Assembly (NCBI GenBank): GCA_963748815.1
Contig: CAVVKJ010000006.1
Span: 65,728 to 129,727 of the forward strand
DNA from: an uncultured Gemmatimonadales bacterium
GTDB lineage: Bacteria; Gemmatimonadota; Gemmatimonadetes; Gemmatimonadales; GWC2-71-9
Reading direction: 5' to 3'
Length of the DNA stretch: 64,000 nt
Part shown: in pieces, positions 36,046 through 45,808 of the stretch
Position numbering within the stretch: the stretch's first letter is position 1
Layout: each line of letters starts with the position of its first letter
Translations under genes and position numbers: made by a program
Notes under the pieces: generated by a model
The model's database searches: none
What the model saw: the letters and a program-made list of their open reading frames with translations, nothing else
Told to the model about the DNA's origin: nothing

Positions 36046-38150
36046 CAGTTGCCCGTCATTTCGGTGGCGAGCGCCCCGGCGCCATAGACCTTGCGGAGCG
36101 CCTCGATGATCGCCCGGCTGTCCACCCACACCGACCGCGCGACCCGCTCGGTGTAGAGGAACCGATTCGGGAGCATCTCGATGTTGCCGTCGAAGATGAG
36201 GCCGATCACCTCGGCGTTCTTGTTGATGACCGGGCTCCCCGAGTTGCCGCCGATGATGTCCGGCGTGCCCGCCACGTTGAACGGCGTCGCCAGGTCGAGC
36301 GCGCCGCGATTGGTCACCCAGCGCGACGTGAGGTCGAACGGCGGGACGCCGTTGAACCCGGCCGACCGGTCGTACATCCCGTAGAAGGTGGTGAACGGCT
36401 GCGCGATGGTGCCGTTGTAGGGATACCGGAGGATCTCGCCGTCGGAAATGCGGAGGCTGAACGTCGCGTCGGGGGCGACGCTGTTTCCATACACGGCGAG
36501 GAGCGCCCGCGCCACGAGTTCATCCTGCTCGGCCTCGCGGTCGGCCAGGTCCGTCCATTGCGTCTGGACCGCCCGATCCAGGGGATCGATCGTGGCGGCC
36601 AGCCTGACGTATGGATCCTTCGACGCCGCGATCGCCGAGGCGCCACCGGCCATCAACGCCTCCCGCTCGGCGGCCGTGGAGATCTGGGAACCGCGGACCA
36701 TCTCCGCGGCCGCGCTGGCCGGCGTGCGGCCGGCCAGCGCCGCCTTCAGGACCGGATCGGTGGCCGGGAGCGCCGCTTGCATCGCCTCGAACCATTGGGT
36801 CAGGAGCAGGCGCTCCTGCAGCGTGTCGATCGGCGTGGTGGAACCGATCGCTCGGTCGCGCATCGCCTTGCGCGAGTCCTGGTAGAGGGGCATCCGCGCC
36901 GAGTCAGGCTTGGCCGCTTCGGCAGGAGCCCGGACGATGAGTCCCGCCAGCTGCAGGAGCCGGGTGCCGTAGGCGTTGAAGGAATAGAACCGGCGCTTCG
37001 CGTCAAGCTGCCGCATGGAGGCGCGGGCCTGCTCGATTTCCTTCCACGGGTCGCCGTACGCCTTCTTGTACGCCGCGTTCGAGCTGACCGAGTGGCGGAA
37101 GTTGGTCTCCCAGGCGCTCTTCTGGCTCATGAGCTTGGGATCGAGCAGTCCCGACTGGTACCCACCCACCGCCTTCTGCGAGTTCTCCAGCCCGAAAATC
37201 GTGTTGCGAAGCGCCTTGGCCCGGGTGGAATCCATGGCAGAGAGCTGGTGGTACACGGCAATCTGGCGCTTGTAGCCGTCGAGCGAGGCCGGATAGGTCA
37301 GGTCGCGCAGGTATTCGATCTGCGCCATGGTGTTCAGCCGCCCCGTGGAGCCGGGGTTGCCGGTCACGAAGACGAGGTCCTTTTCCTGGCTTCCCGTCTG
37401 GGCCCACTTGAAGTACTCGGTGCTGGCCGGCTTGCCGTCCACGTACGCGCGGACCATCGCCATGTCCAGGTCGTAGCGGGGATAGGTGAAGTTGTCCGGG
37501 TCGCCGCCGAAGAAGGCCGTCTGGCTCTCGACCGCGAACACCAGCCGGAGATCGGTGAAGCGGTGAAAGCGATAGAGCATGTACTTGCCGCCCCGGTACA
37601 TCGTGACCACCTGGCAATTGGCGTTCGCGACATCCTTCTCGCAGGCCGCCTGGATTCGTTCGATCGCCTCGGCGCGCTTCGCGGCCGCGACCGTCGGCGA
37701 ACTCCCCGCCGGCACCGCCTTCGTGACCTCCGCGGTCACGTCGGTGATCTGCTGCAGCTGGTCGGCCGTCATCCCCTGGCAGGCCCGCTCGTCTTCCCGC
37801 CGCGCGGCATAGAACCCGTCGCCCAGGAGGTCCTCGCCGGTCTTGGTGGCGGACTCGACGCAGGCGCGCGCGCAGTGGTGGTTCGTCATGATCAGCCCAT
37901 TCGGCGAGACGAACGACGCCGAGCAACCGGGAATCCGCAACGAGCTGAGCCGCACATGATCCAGCCACTGGGGCGTGGCGTCGAAGCCGTAGCGCTTGGC
38001 CCAATACGCGAGCGGCGGCTGGTCGAAGGTCCACATCTTCCCGGTCTCAAGCCCGGGATACTCGCTCGGAGCCCAGGTATCCTGTGCGGTCAGCGGGGCG
38101 GCCATCAGGAATCCGGCGACGGCCAGCAGCGGAAGGAAACGGCGATACAT
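36045..38150 (-). CDS. S46-family dipeptidyl-peptidase (DPP7/DPP11-like)
   Basis: ATG 38150 is preceded by GGAG, and a signal peptide follows. The N-terminal SASFVSPNGLIMTNHHCA motif is typical of S46. The C-terminus contains GGNSGSPV, the catalytic Ser region. 701 aa. Confidence 0.9.
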   Translation of the reverse strand: MYRRFLPLLAVAGFLMAAPLTAQDTWAPSEYPGLETGKMWTFDQPPLAYWAKRYGFDATPQWLDHVRLSSLRIPGCSASFVSPNGLIMTNHHCARACVESATKTGEDLLGDGFYAARREDERACQGMTADQLQQITDVTAEVTKAVPAGSSPTVAAAKRAEAIERIQAACEKDVANANCQVVTMYRGGKYMLYRFHRFTDLRLVFAVESQTAFFGGDPDNFTYPRYDLDMAMVRAYVDGKPASTEYFKWAQTGSQEKDLVFVTGNPGSTGRLNTMAQIEYLRDLTYPASLDGYKRQIAVYHQLSAMDSTRAKALRNTIFGLENSQKAVGGYQSGLLDPKLMSQKSAWETNFRHSVSSNAAYKKAYGDPWKEIEQARASMRQLDAKRRFYSFNAYGTRLLQLAGLIVRAPAEAAKPDSARMPLYQDSRKAMRDRAIGSTTPIDTLQERLLLTQWFEAMQAALPATDPVLKAALAGRTPASAAAEMVRGSQISTAAEREALMAGGASAIAASKDPYVRLAATIDPLDRAVQTQWTDLADREAEQDELVARALLAVYGNSVAPDATFSLRISDGEILRYPYNGTIAQPFTTFYGMYDRSAGFNGVPPFDLTSRWVTNRGALDLATPFNVAGTPDIIGGNSGSPVINKNAEVIGLIFDGNIEMLPNRFLYTERVARSVWVDSRAIIEALRKVYGAGALATEMTGN

Positions 38151-38209
38151 GAGGAACTCCACGAGGAGATGAGAAGAGGCCGCCGAGGGGCGGTCGAAGA
38201 CGGGGCGGC

Positions 38210-38770
38210 CTAGCGGGGCCAGAGCCAGCCGAACACGCCGGCGGTCAGCAACCCGAACACCAGCCCATCGAACATCTCGCGGGCGGTGCTGCCCCACGAG
38301 CGTGAAAACCAGATTGCGCCGGGCACCACCGCCGCCGCATAGGCGAGGGTGGCCACCGAGCCAACCACGCGGAACACAGGAAGATACGGCGCGCCGGCGG
38401 GCAGAGTGTGAGAAGCGATGTAACCGACCGTGAAGGAAACACCGAGCGTGTACAAGAAGTACTGCCCCAGCGACTTGCCCATTTTCGGCCGGCCCGGCGC
38501 CCCGAGGATGAGGAACCCCATCGGGCCCGCCTCCGCCTTGGCCTGCCAGGCGGGGTCCTTCATTGCGTCCCGCGAGTCACAGTGCGGGAAGTTGTACTGG
38601 CCCACGCCGACCCCCGTGTCGCGCAGCGCCGCCAGCACCCTGTCCTCGTCGGGCAGTCGGGCCCAGTCGCCCCGATGGTGGGGCAGCACCATCCACATCA
38701 CGAAGCCGCCCACGTGGATGAGTACCGCGGCAAGGACGATCGGGAGCCAGAGATCGACGAGCGTCACCAT
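38210..38770 (-). CDS. hypothetical integral membrane protein
   Basis: 186-aa ORF with about 4 hydrophobic segments and strong GC3 coding bias. No motif I recognise. Confidence 0.6.
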   Translation of the reverse strand: MVTLVDLWLPIVLAAVLIHVGGFVMWMVLPHHRGDWARLPDEDRVLAALRDTGVGVGQYNFPHCDSRDAMKDPAWQAKAEAGPMGFLILGAPGRPKMGKSLGQYFLYTLGVSFTVGYIASHTLPAGAPYLPVFRVVGSVATLAYAAAVVPGAIWFSRSWGSTAREMFDGLVFGLLTAGVFGWLWPR

Positions 38771-38809
38771 GGGACCTCCAGGAGGGGGTGGGGGTCGGTC
38801 GCGAGCCTC

Positions 38810-39103
38810 TCAGAGTGCGTCGAGCCGCTCCCGCCCGAACACCGGGTTCCAGGGCAGGAGTTCATACGAGGCGATGCCAAGCAAGGTGAACGGATCACGG
38901 TCCCGCACGCCCTCCAGCACGGCGGCGGAGCCCTCGTCGGGCAGTCGGAGGAGGACCGCGCCCCCCACCCGTGGCTCGAAGGGCCCCGACGCCAGGAGCA
39001 CGCCCGCCGCCTCGAGCTCCCGCAGGTACGCGCGATGCGCGTCGAGGTGGACAAGCACCTCATCCAGTGGCTTCAGGTACCGGATCAGCGCGAGGGCGTA
39101 CAT
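38810..39103 (-). CDS. YciI-family protein
   Basis: 97 aa. The pattern MYALALIRY...HRAYL...GVLLASGPF...GGAVLL matches the YciI-like dimeric alpha-beta barrel family. Confidence 0.8.
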   Translation of the reverse strand: MYALALIRYLKPLDEVLVHLDAHRAYLRELEAAGVLLASGPFEPRVGGAVLLRLPDEGSAAVLEGVRDRDPFTLLGIASYELLPWNPVFGRERLDAL

Positions 39104-39141
39104 CGCCTAACGATCCGCCCCCGCGCCCTCGGCGCAAGGGG

Positions 39142-39657
39142 TCAATTTCCGCCCCGGACGTCCAGCAGTTCGACCTCGAAGACGAGAGTCGCGTTCCCGG
39201 GGATGCTGGCGCCCATGCCACTCGCGCCATATCCAAGCTGCGGCGGAATGACCAGGAGCCGCTTCCCGCCGACTCGCATCCCGGCCACCCCCTCGTCCCA
39301 GCCGTCAATCACCCGCCGCTGGCCGAGCGGAAAGGAAAACGGCCTGCCGGTGTTCTTGTTGCTGTCGAACGGGTTGCCGTTGGCCAGCCACCCGGTGTAT
39401 TCCACGACCGCGGTGGTGCCGCGAACGGCCTGGGCGCCGGTTCCCTCAGTCAGGTCCTTCCAGTAGAGCCCGCTCTCGGTGCGTGCCATCATGTCGAGGT
39501 CGACGTTCAGTGTCGGGTTGTACGTGAGTGTTTCCGGCGCCCCCACGTTGGGGTTCCCGGACGTCTTCGATTGTGCGGTGAGCGGTTTCGAACGGACCGC
39601 ATCGAGGGTGCAACCCGGCAGCATCAGGAGGGCAAGCAAGAGTACGGCTCGGCGCAT
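39142..39657 (-). CDS. FKBP-type peptidyl-prolyl cis-trans isomerase lipoprotein
   Basis: Lipobox LLMLPGC. FKBP core motifs are VEYTGWLANGNPFDS...FPLGQRRVIDGWDEGVAGMRVGGKRLLVIPPQLGYG. Confidence 0.9.
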   Translation of the reverse strand: MRRAVLLLALLMLPGCTLDAVRSKPLTAQSKTSGNPNVGAPETLTYNPTLNVDLDMMARTESGLYWKDLTEGTGAQAVRGTTAVVEYTGWLANGNPFDSNKNTGRPFSFPLGQRRVIDGWDEGVAGMRVGGKRLLVIPPQLGYGASGMGASIPGNATLVFEVELLDVRGGN

Positions 39658-41431
39658 CAGGAACTCCTTGAGAGATGGGCGCGGGCGAGGGACAACCCCT
39701 CTTCCAGGGTGGCCGCAAAGGCAAGCCGCCCTGGCGAGGGCACGATGCCCACTCGCGCCAGGAACTTCGCGGGCTGATCCTGCACCCGCACGAGAATGAC
39801 CAGCGTCTGGTCGAGCGCCAGCCGGGCCAGCGCCGACTCCAGGTTCACCATTCCAGTCGCGTCGATGACCGGCACCGCGCCCAACTCCAGCAGCACGACC
39901 CCAGCCTCACCCGCGCTCGCATGCAGCGAGTCCATCGCCTTCTCGGCGGCCCCGAAAAAGAGCGGACCCGCAATTTCATACAGGACGGCCCCGGATGGAA
40001 CCGGCCCCCGGAGGGCGGGGTGCTCCCCCTCCTCCACCAGGCGGGCACCGGACAGGTCCGCCATCCGGCGCATGAACAGGACGGCCGCCAGCAGCACCCC
40101 GGCCGTGACCGCGACCGTCATGTCGAATATGACCGTCAGGAAGAAACAGGTGAGCAGGACAAGCGCGTCGCTCCGCGGCGCCACCCGGAGCACCCGGAGG
40201 ACGTGGGGGAGATCGCTCATGTTCCAGGCGACCAGCAGCAGCAGGGCGGCGAGCGACGCCATGGGGAGCGTACCCAGCAGGGGCGCCAAGGCAAGCATTG
40301 CCGCCAGCACCACCACGCTGTGGAAGATCGCGGCCACCGGCGAGCGGCCGCCGGCCCGGAAATTCGTGGCCGTCCGGGCGATGGCCCCGGTCGCGGCGAA
40401 CCCGCCAAAGAACGGCGCGATGAGGTTTCCTGTCCCCTGCGCAACCAACTCGGCGTTCGGGTCGTGCCGAGTCCCCGCCATCCCGTCGGCCACCACCGCC
40501 GAAAGAAGCGATTCGATCGCCCCGAGCACGGCAATGGCGAAGGCTCCGGGAAGAAGATTCTGCACCAAGTCGAAGGAGAGCGTCAGCGGCTCCCCCCGGG
40601 TCCGGACATCCGCCAGGGCAGTACCGGCATCGGCGGCAGGCGCGGGATTCCGGTATGGACCACGCCATCCACCAGGTACTGGAATCGGCTTCCGATAGTG
40701 GCCACCTCGAACCCAGGAAGCAGCTGCCGCATCACCGCGACGCCGATGGCGGCCGCCACCAGGGCGACCAGCGGCGCGGGGACCTTGGTCCGGGCCCGGG
40801 GCCAGGCGATGAGAATCGCCAGCGTTGCCGCTCCCACGACCGCCTCCTCCCAGCGCGCCGACGGTAGCGCCGCCACCAAGCCTGCCACACGGTCGGCGAA
40901 GTGCTCCGGTGCGCCGGCCGGGGTGAGGCCGAAGAAGTCCTTGACCTGGAGGACCGCGATCACCAGGGCGATGCCAGCGGTGAAGCCCGCCGTCACCGGC
41001 AACGGAATGAACTGAATGAGCTTGCCCATCCGCGCGACACCGAATCCCACCAGAATGGCGCCGGCCATCATCGTGGCGATCAACAGACCACCGATGCCGA
41101 ACCGATGGACGATCGGGACCAGGATGACCACGAACGCAGCGGTGGGGCCGGAAACCTGCAGCCTCGACCCGCCCAGCGCGGCAATGATGGCACCGGCGAC
41201 GATCGCGGTATAGAGCCCGTGCTGTGGCGGGACCCCGGCCGCGATGGCGAGCGCCATCGACAGCGGCAGGGCCACCACGCCGACCACGAGGCCTGCAAGC
41301 AGGTCGCTGCGAAGGGCCTTGCGACTGTAGCCCTCTGCCAGGACTCCGCGGAGCGCTGTAGCCGGGCGGAGTTCGAAATCGGGGAAGAGTTCGCGCGCCT
41401 GGCGGAACCGTGAGTGCGGCGCCCGGCTCAT
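39657..41431 (-). pseudogene. SulP-family anion (sulfate/bicarbonate) permease with C-terminal STAS domain, frameshifted
   Basis: The N-terminal half is track ORF 40583..41626 read from ATG 41431. The C-terminal half plus STAS is ORF 39657..40568. They are in different frames. The missing linker EPLTLSFDL is encoded between them in the downstream frame. The junction falls at a C6 run near 40592-40597. Total length is 3n+2. Confidence 0.75.
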
Positions 41432-41961
41432 GAGGTCGGCAACCCTGCGTCCCGCCGGATGCGCCGGACCTGCCTGGCGTGGTGCCGGATATGCCCGGCG
41501 TAGAACGTCACGCCCGTTCCGACCCCCACCCACCCCCCGATCGGGTGCCGGAACATCGCAGCACGGGTGTCCGTTTCCGTGACGGAGTCGAGAAAGAGTT
41601 CGAGGCCACGGCGCGCCTCCATCCATCGTGCTTCCAGCTCCGCGAGCCCCACACCGCCCTGGGGAAGCACCCTGGCCACCGGCACCTTGACCCGGAGATC
41701 CGTCCGCATCACCAGGAGCACCAACGCCATCCGAACCCGCGCGAGCGGGGTGATCGTGGTTCCCGGCGGCGGCCCCTTCAACATGCCGAGCAGGCTCTTC
41801 TCCTCGGCAAGGACGAGGTGTTCGGTCACGTCGAGCATCGACCAGGAGGCCGGCTCCGGTCGGAACGACCGTTGCGCGTCCGTCGCCAGCCGGATCGGGG
41901 TCAGGAACGCCTCACGCACGGCGTCCAAGGTTGCCAGTCGATGTGCCAAGTCGGGGAGCAT
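41428..41961 (-). CDS. DinB-family (DinB_2) protein
   Basis: ATG 41961. 177 aa. His-containing helix pattern (LDVTEHLVL...AGHIRHHARQV) typical of DinB four-helix bundles. The stop overlaps the sulP start (ATGA). Confidence 0.8.
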   Translation of the reverse strand: MLPDLAHRLATLDAVREAFLTPIRLATDAQRSFRPEPASWSMLDVTEHLVLAEEKSLLGMLKGPPPGTTITPLARVRMALVLLVMRTDLRVKVPVARVLPQGGVGLAELEARWMEARRGLELFLDSVTETDTRAAMFRHPIGGWVGVGTGVTFYAGHIRHHARQVRRIRRDAGLPTS

Positions 41962-41978
41962 GCCGGTCGTCTCGCTGT

Positions 41979-43220
41979 TCAGGAAGTCAGGCGGCGTCGC
42001 GCACCAAGCCCTGCGGCCCGGCCCGTCGCCCACGCCCAGTGAAAGTTGAAGCCGCCAATCGGCCCGAACGCATCCAGCACCTCGCCACAGAGATACAGCC
42101 CGGGCGTCCGCCGGCTCTCCATCGTGACCGGGTCAATCTCGGACAATGCCACGCCGCCTCCTGTGACTTCCGCTTTCCGGTACCCCTCGTCGCCGGTGAT
42201 CGGAAGCGGCAACGCCGTGAGCGCCGTCAGCAGCGAGGCGCGCTCCTCGCGCCGCAACTGGGCCTGCGTCCGATCGGCCGGCACGCCCGCCTCCTCAAGC
42301 AACGCCACGGCGAGCCGTTCGGGCAGCTCGCGGCGGAGGAGCGTCGCGACCTGCGCGCGGCCGCCATCGTCGAACGCACGCCCCCAGTCCTCCCGGGTCA
42401 GCCGCCCCCACCGCGCCACGATGGCCGGGCGCGCGCCGGGGCGTGGACGAGTGAAGATGTGAGAAATGTTGAGCACGGCCGGCCCGCTGAATCCACGGTG
42501 GGTGAAGAGTAATCCCTGCGGGGGGGCGTAGCGCGGCGTCTCCGGGGGCGCAGCGAGCTCAGCCTGCAATGACACGCCCGACAGGTCGGTCCACCGGGCC
42601 ACATCGGTGATCAGGGGCGTCAGCGCCGGGTAGGTGGGATGCGTCGCATGCCCGAGCGCTTCCAGGAGCCGCAGTCCCGTCCCGTCGCTGCCGGTGTTCG
42701 GCACGCTGAGGCCGCCGGTCGCCACCACCACCGTCCGGGTCCGCAGCGCCTCACCCGCAGCCAGCCCCACTTCCCAGACCCCGCCAGCCGGTGCCAGCCG
42801 CGTCACGCTCGAATTGAAGCGAATGTCCACCCCGAGCCCGCGCGCATGCTCCACCAGGCGGTCTCGCACGTCCCGGGCCCGGTTCGAAACGGGGAAGAGC
42901 TTGCCCGACTCCTCTTCGAGGACGAGCGGCAGGTGCAGTTCGTCCTCGAAGAACCGCCGCTGCGCGGCGAGAGGCCAGCCACGGAGAATCTTGCGCAGCG
43001 AGTTCGGGGAGGAGTCAGTGACAAACCACTCGGCCTTCACTACGGAGGGAAGGATGTTGCACCGACCCCCGCCGCTGATCAGGATCTTCCGCCCGCCGTC
43101 ACGGGTCCGCTCGAGGAGAATGACGCGACGCCCCTCGCCGGCCGCAAAGGCGGCGGCAAGCAACCCCGCGGCCCCGGCGCCGACAACGACCAGATCGGCC
43201 ACCGGAGCCGAAGCAGTCAC
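41979..43220 (-). CDS. HI0933/BaiN-like NAD(P)/FAD-dependent oxidoreductase
   Basis: DLVVVGAGAAGLLAA dinucleotide motif. GGRKILISGGGRCNI is diagnostic of the HI0933 family. 413 aa. GTG start overlaps the rhodanese stop. Confidence 0.85.
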   Translation of the reverse strand: MTASAPVADLVVVGAGAAGLLAAAFAAGEGRRVILLERTRDGGRKILISGGGRCNILPSVVKAEWFVTDSSPNSLRKILRGWPLAAQRRFFEDELHLPLVLEEESGKLFPVSNRARDVRDRLVEHARGLGVDIRFNSSVTRLAPAGGVWEVGLAAGEALRTRTVVVATGGLSVPNTGSDGTGLRLLEALGHATHPTYPALTPLITDVARWTDLSGVSLQAELAAPPETPRYAPPQGLLFTHRGFSGPAVLNISHIFTRPRPGARPAIVARWGRLTREDWGRAFDDGGRAQVATLLRRELPERLAVALLEEAGVPADRTQAQLRREERASLLTALTALPLPITGDEGYRKAEVTGGGVALSEIDPVTMESRRTPGLYLCGEVLDAFGPIGGFNFHWAWATGRAAGLGARRRLTS

Positions 43221-44065
43221 TTCGGCTCCACAGGCAAGTCAGCGTGGCCGCCCCACTCGGTCCAAGCGCCATCGTAGAGCGCGCCCGCCGGCGCCCCCAG
43301 CACCTCCAAGGCGAGCAGAATGGCACACGCCGAGGTACCGGAACCGCACATTGCCACCACGGGACGATGCAGATCCACGCCGCTCGCGGCCAGGCGCGCA
43401 CGGAGCGCCCCCGGAGCGAGGAGGCGCCCTGACTCGTCCACGAGGTCGGCGTACGGGAGGCTGAGTGCGCCCGGCATGTGCCCACCCCGAACCCCGGGTC
43501 GCGGCTCCGGGTCGACGCCGTGAAACCGGCCGGCCGGCCGGGCATCGACCACCTGCGCCGACCGGGAGGCGACGATCGCTTCCATCTCTGCGAGCGAACG
43601 CACCTGCGCGGAACGGAGCACCGCGCGGAAATCGCCACCTGCCGCGGGTGACGGCTCCCCGACCTGAACCGGACGCCCCTCGCTCATCCAGGCCGCCAGC
43701 CCGCCGTCGAGCACGGACACCCGCGCGTGCCCGAACACCCGGAACATCCACCACACCCGGGCGGCACTGAGGTTGACGCCGGAACCGTCATAGACGATGA
43801 CCTCGGAGCCGGCCGAAACTCCAAACTCCTGGGCCGCCGATTCGAACTCCGTGGCGGTCGGGAGCATGTGCGGCAGGGTGGTGGCATGGTCGCTGAGGAG
43901 ATCGAGATCGAAGAACCGAGCCCCGGGGAGGTGCCCCATGAGGTACTCGGCGCGGGCATCTCGCGCCGAGGTGGGGAGGTACCAGCTGGCATCCAGCACG
44001 ACGAGCGCGGGGTCCCGGAGGCGATCCTGCAGAGCTGCGGCGCCGATCAACGGCGGAAAGGGCAT
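43217..44065 (-). CDS. sseA: 3-mercaptopyruvate/thiosulfate sulfurtransferase (tandem rhodanese, SseA-like)
   Basis: Internal ATG 44065 gives MPFPPLIGAAAL.... Two rhodanese domains. Active-site loop is MCGSGTSA, a CGSGxT type typical of MST. 282 aa. Confidence 0.9.
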   Translation of the reverse strand: MPFPPLIGAAALQDRLRDPALVVLDASWYLPTSARDARAEYLMGHLPGARFFDLDLLSDHATTLPHMLPTATEFESAAQEFGVSAGSEVIVYDGSGVNLSAARVWWMFRVFGHARVSVLDGGLAAWMSEGRPVQVGEPSPAAGGDFRAVLRSAQVRSLAEMEAIVASRSAQVVDARPAGRFHGVDPEPRPGVRGGHMPGALSLPYADLVDESGRLLAPGALRARLAASGVDLHRPVVAMCGSGTSACAILLALEVLGAPAGALYDGAWTEWGGHADLPVEPK

Positions 44066-44143
44066 CGTGAATCTTAGTTTGCCCCGGCGCCGGGCCACAA
44101 TACTATTCCCCGTCCCACATCCCCCGACGCCGGAGCCCTGTCC

Positions 44144-45739
44144 GTGACACCCAGCCGAGCCGAGCGACTCGCCGCCGCCCTCCTGATCATCGGGGCGTTC
44201 GCGGTCGTGCTCGCGGTGGTGCCGCATCGGACCTTCGAGCTCGACCGGTTCTTTCTTCCCAAGGAAGTCGTGCTCCACGCGACGGCGCTCCTGGTCACGC
44301 TGCTGGTCATCCCGGGCCGCCGGGAGTGGACCTGGACGCGCGTTGACCTGTTCCTCCTCGGCTACCTCGTGCTGACCATCGTGTCCGCCCTGCTCGCCAC
44401 CAACGGCTGGCTCGCCCTTCGGGCGTTCGGCATCACCTGGTCGGGGCTGCTCCTCTTCTGGTCTGGACAGGAACTCGCCCGCGCCGGCCTCGGCCGCACC
44501 ATCGCGCTCGGGCTGGCCGCGGGGGCGGTCGTGGGAACTCTGACGGCACTGGGGCAGGCCTACGGCCTCCTGCACTCCGACCTCCTCAGCCTGACCCGGG
44601 CCCCTGGCGGCACCTTCGGCAACCGAAACTTCGTCGCTCACCTCGCGGCGATCGCGTTGCCGGTGTTGCTGGCCACCTCCCTTTCGGCCCGGACCCGCGC
44701 GGGGTACGTCCTGACGCTTGTGGCGACGCTGCTCTCCGTCGGCCTGCTCGTGCTCACCAGATCACGCGCCGCGTGGCTCGCGACCGCCGTCTCCGGTTTC
44801 GTCTTCCTCCTCCTCGCCCTCCTCCCCGGCGGCCTCTGGCGTGACGGGGTCGTCCGCCGCCGGCTGGTGGGCCCGCTCCTGGCCGTGGCGGCCGGAGCCG
44901 CCCTGGCGCTCCTGGTGCCGAACGCACTCGACTGGCGGAGCGACACGCCGTACGCCGACACCCTGAAGGGGCTGGCCAACTACCAGGAAGGGAGCGGCCG
45001 CGGCCGCATGCTCCAGTGGCGGAACAGCCTCACCCTGGTGCGCTCCGATCCGGTGCTCGGCGCGGGGCCCGGGAACTGGGCGGTCGAGTATCCTGCCGTC
45101 GTTGACGCGGAGGACCCGTCGCTCGACAGCGAAGGGATGGCCGCCAACCCGTGGCCCAGCAGTGATTGGATGGCGGTACTCTCGGAGCGAGGCATCCCGG
45201 CGCTCCTCCTCCTCACCGCGGCCGGCGCCCTCCTCTTTCTTGCGGGTGCGCGCGGCTGGATGGCGGGGCCTCGCAGCGTCGGTGATCTCGCGCCGCTGGT
45301 GCTGGCGAGCACGGTGGCCGCGACCGCAGTGGTCGGCGCCTTCGACGCGGTGCTTCTGCTCCCGGCGCCGGCGCTGTTCTTCTGGAGCCTGGCCGGCGTC
45401 CTGCGACCCGCCGACCCCTTTCCCCAGCGTCGAGCGGCGAGTTGGCAGTCGCGGGCGGGGGTGGCGCTGGTCGTGCTCGTGGTGGGGGCGGGGCTCACCT
45501 GGCGGAGCGTCCAGCAGGTGCGCGCCATGGAACTGATTGCCGTCTGGGGACGGTTGAGCACGCGCGCGGAGGCGGCGGCGATGGACCCCGGGAGCTACCG
45601 GATCCAGGTGATGGTGGCGCAGTCGTACCGGCGGCGCGGGCGGTGCAAGGATGCGATCCCGTTCGCCCGGCAGGCGGCCCACCTCTTCCCCGAGGCGGCG
45701 GAGCCGAGGACCATCCTCCGGGCCTGCGGGCAGCGCTGA
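44144..45739 (+). CDS. O-antigen ligase/polymerase (Wzy_C) family membrane protein
   Basis: More than 10 TM segments. GTFGNRNFVAHLAA and LTRSRAAWLA motifs are typical of O-antigen ligase-like proteins. C-terminal soluble TPR-like tail. GTG start. Confidence 0.8.
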   Translation: MTPSRAERLAAALLIIGAFAVVLAVVPHRTFELDRFFLPKEVVLHATALLVTLLVIPGRREWTWTRVDLFLLGYLVLTIVSALLATNGWLALRAFGITWSGLLLFWSGQELARAGLGRTIALGLAAGAVVGTLTALGQAYGLLHSDLLSLTRAPGGTFGNRNFVAHLAAIALPVLLATSLSARTRAGYVLTLVATLLSVGLLVLTRSRAAWLATAVSGFVFLLLALLPGGLWRDGVVRRRLVGPLLAVAAGAALALLVPNALDWRSDTPYADTLKGLANYQEGSGRGRMLQWRNSLTLVRSDPVLGAGPGNWAVEYPAVVDAEDPSLDSEGMAANPWPSSDWMAVLSERGIPALLLLTAAGALLFLAGARGWMAGPRSVGDLAPLVLASTVAATAVVGAFDAVLLLPAPALFFWSLAGVLRPADPFPQRRAASWQSRAGVALVVLVVGAGLTWRSVQQVRAMELIAVWGRLSTRAEAAAMDPGSYRIQVMVAQSYRRRGRCKDAIPFARQAAHLFPEAAEPRTILRACGQR

Positions 45740-45808
45740 ACGCCCGGCGGCGAAACGAGCCGGTGAGCGGTACCGTAGGGGGGAAATCGCCTCTTCCGGA
45801 GACAATCC

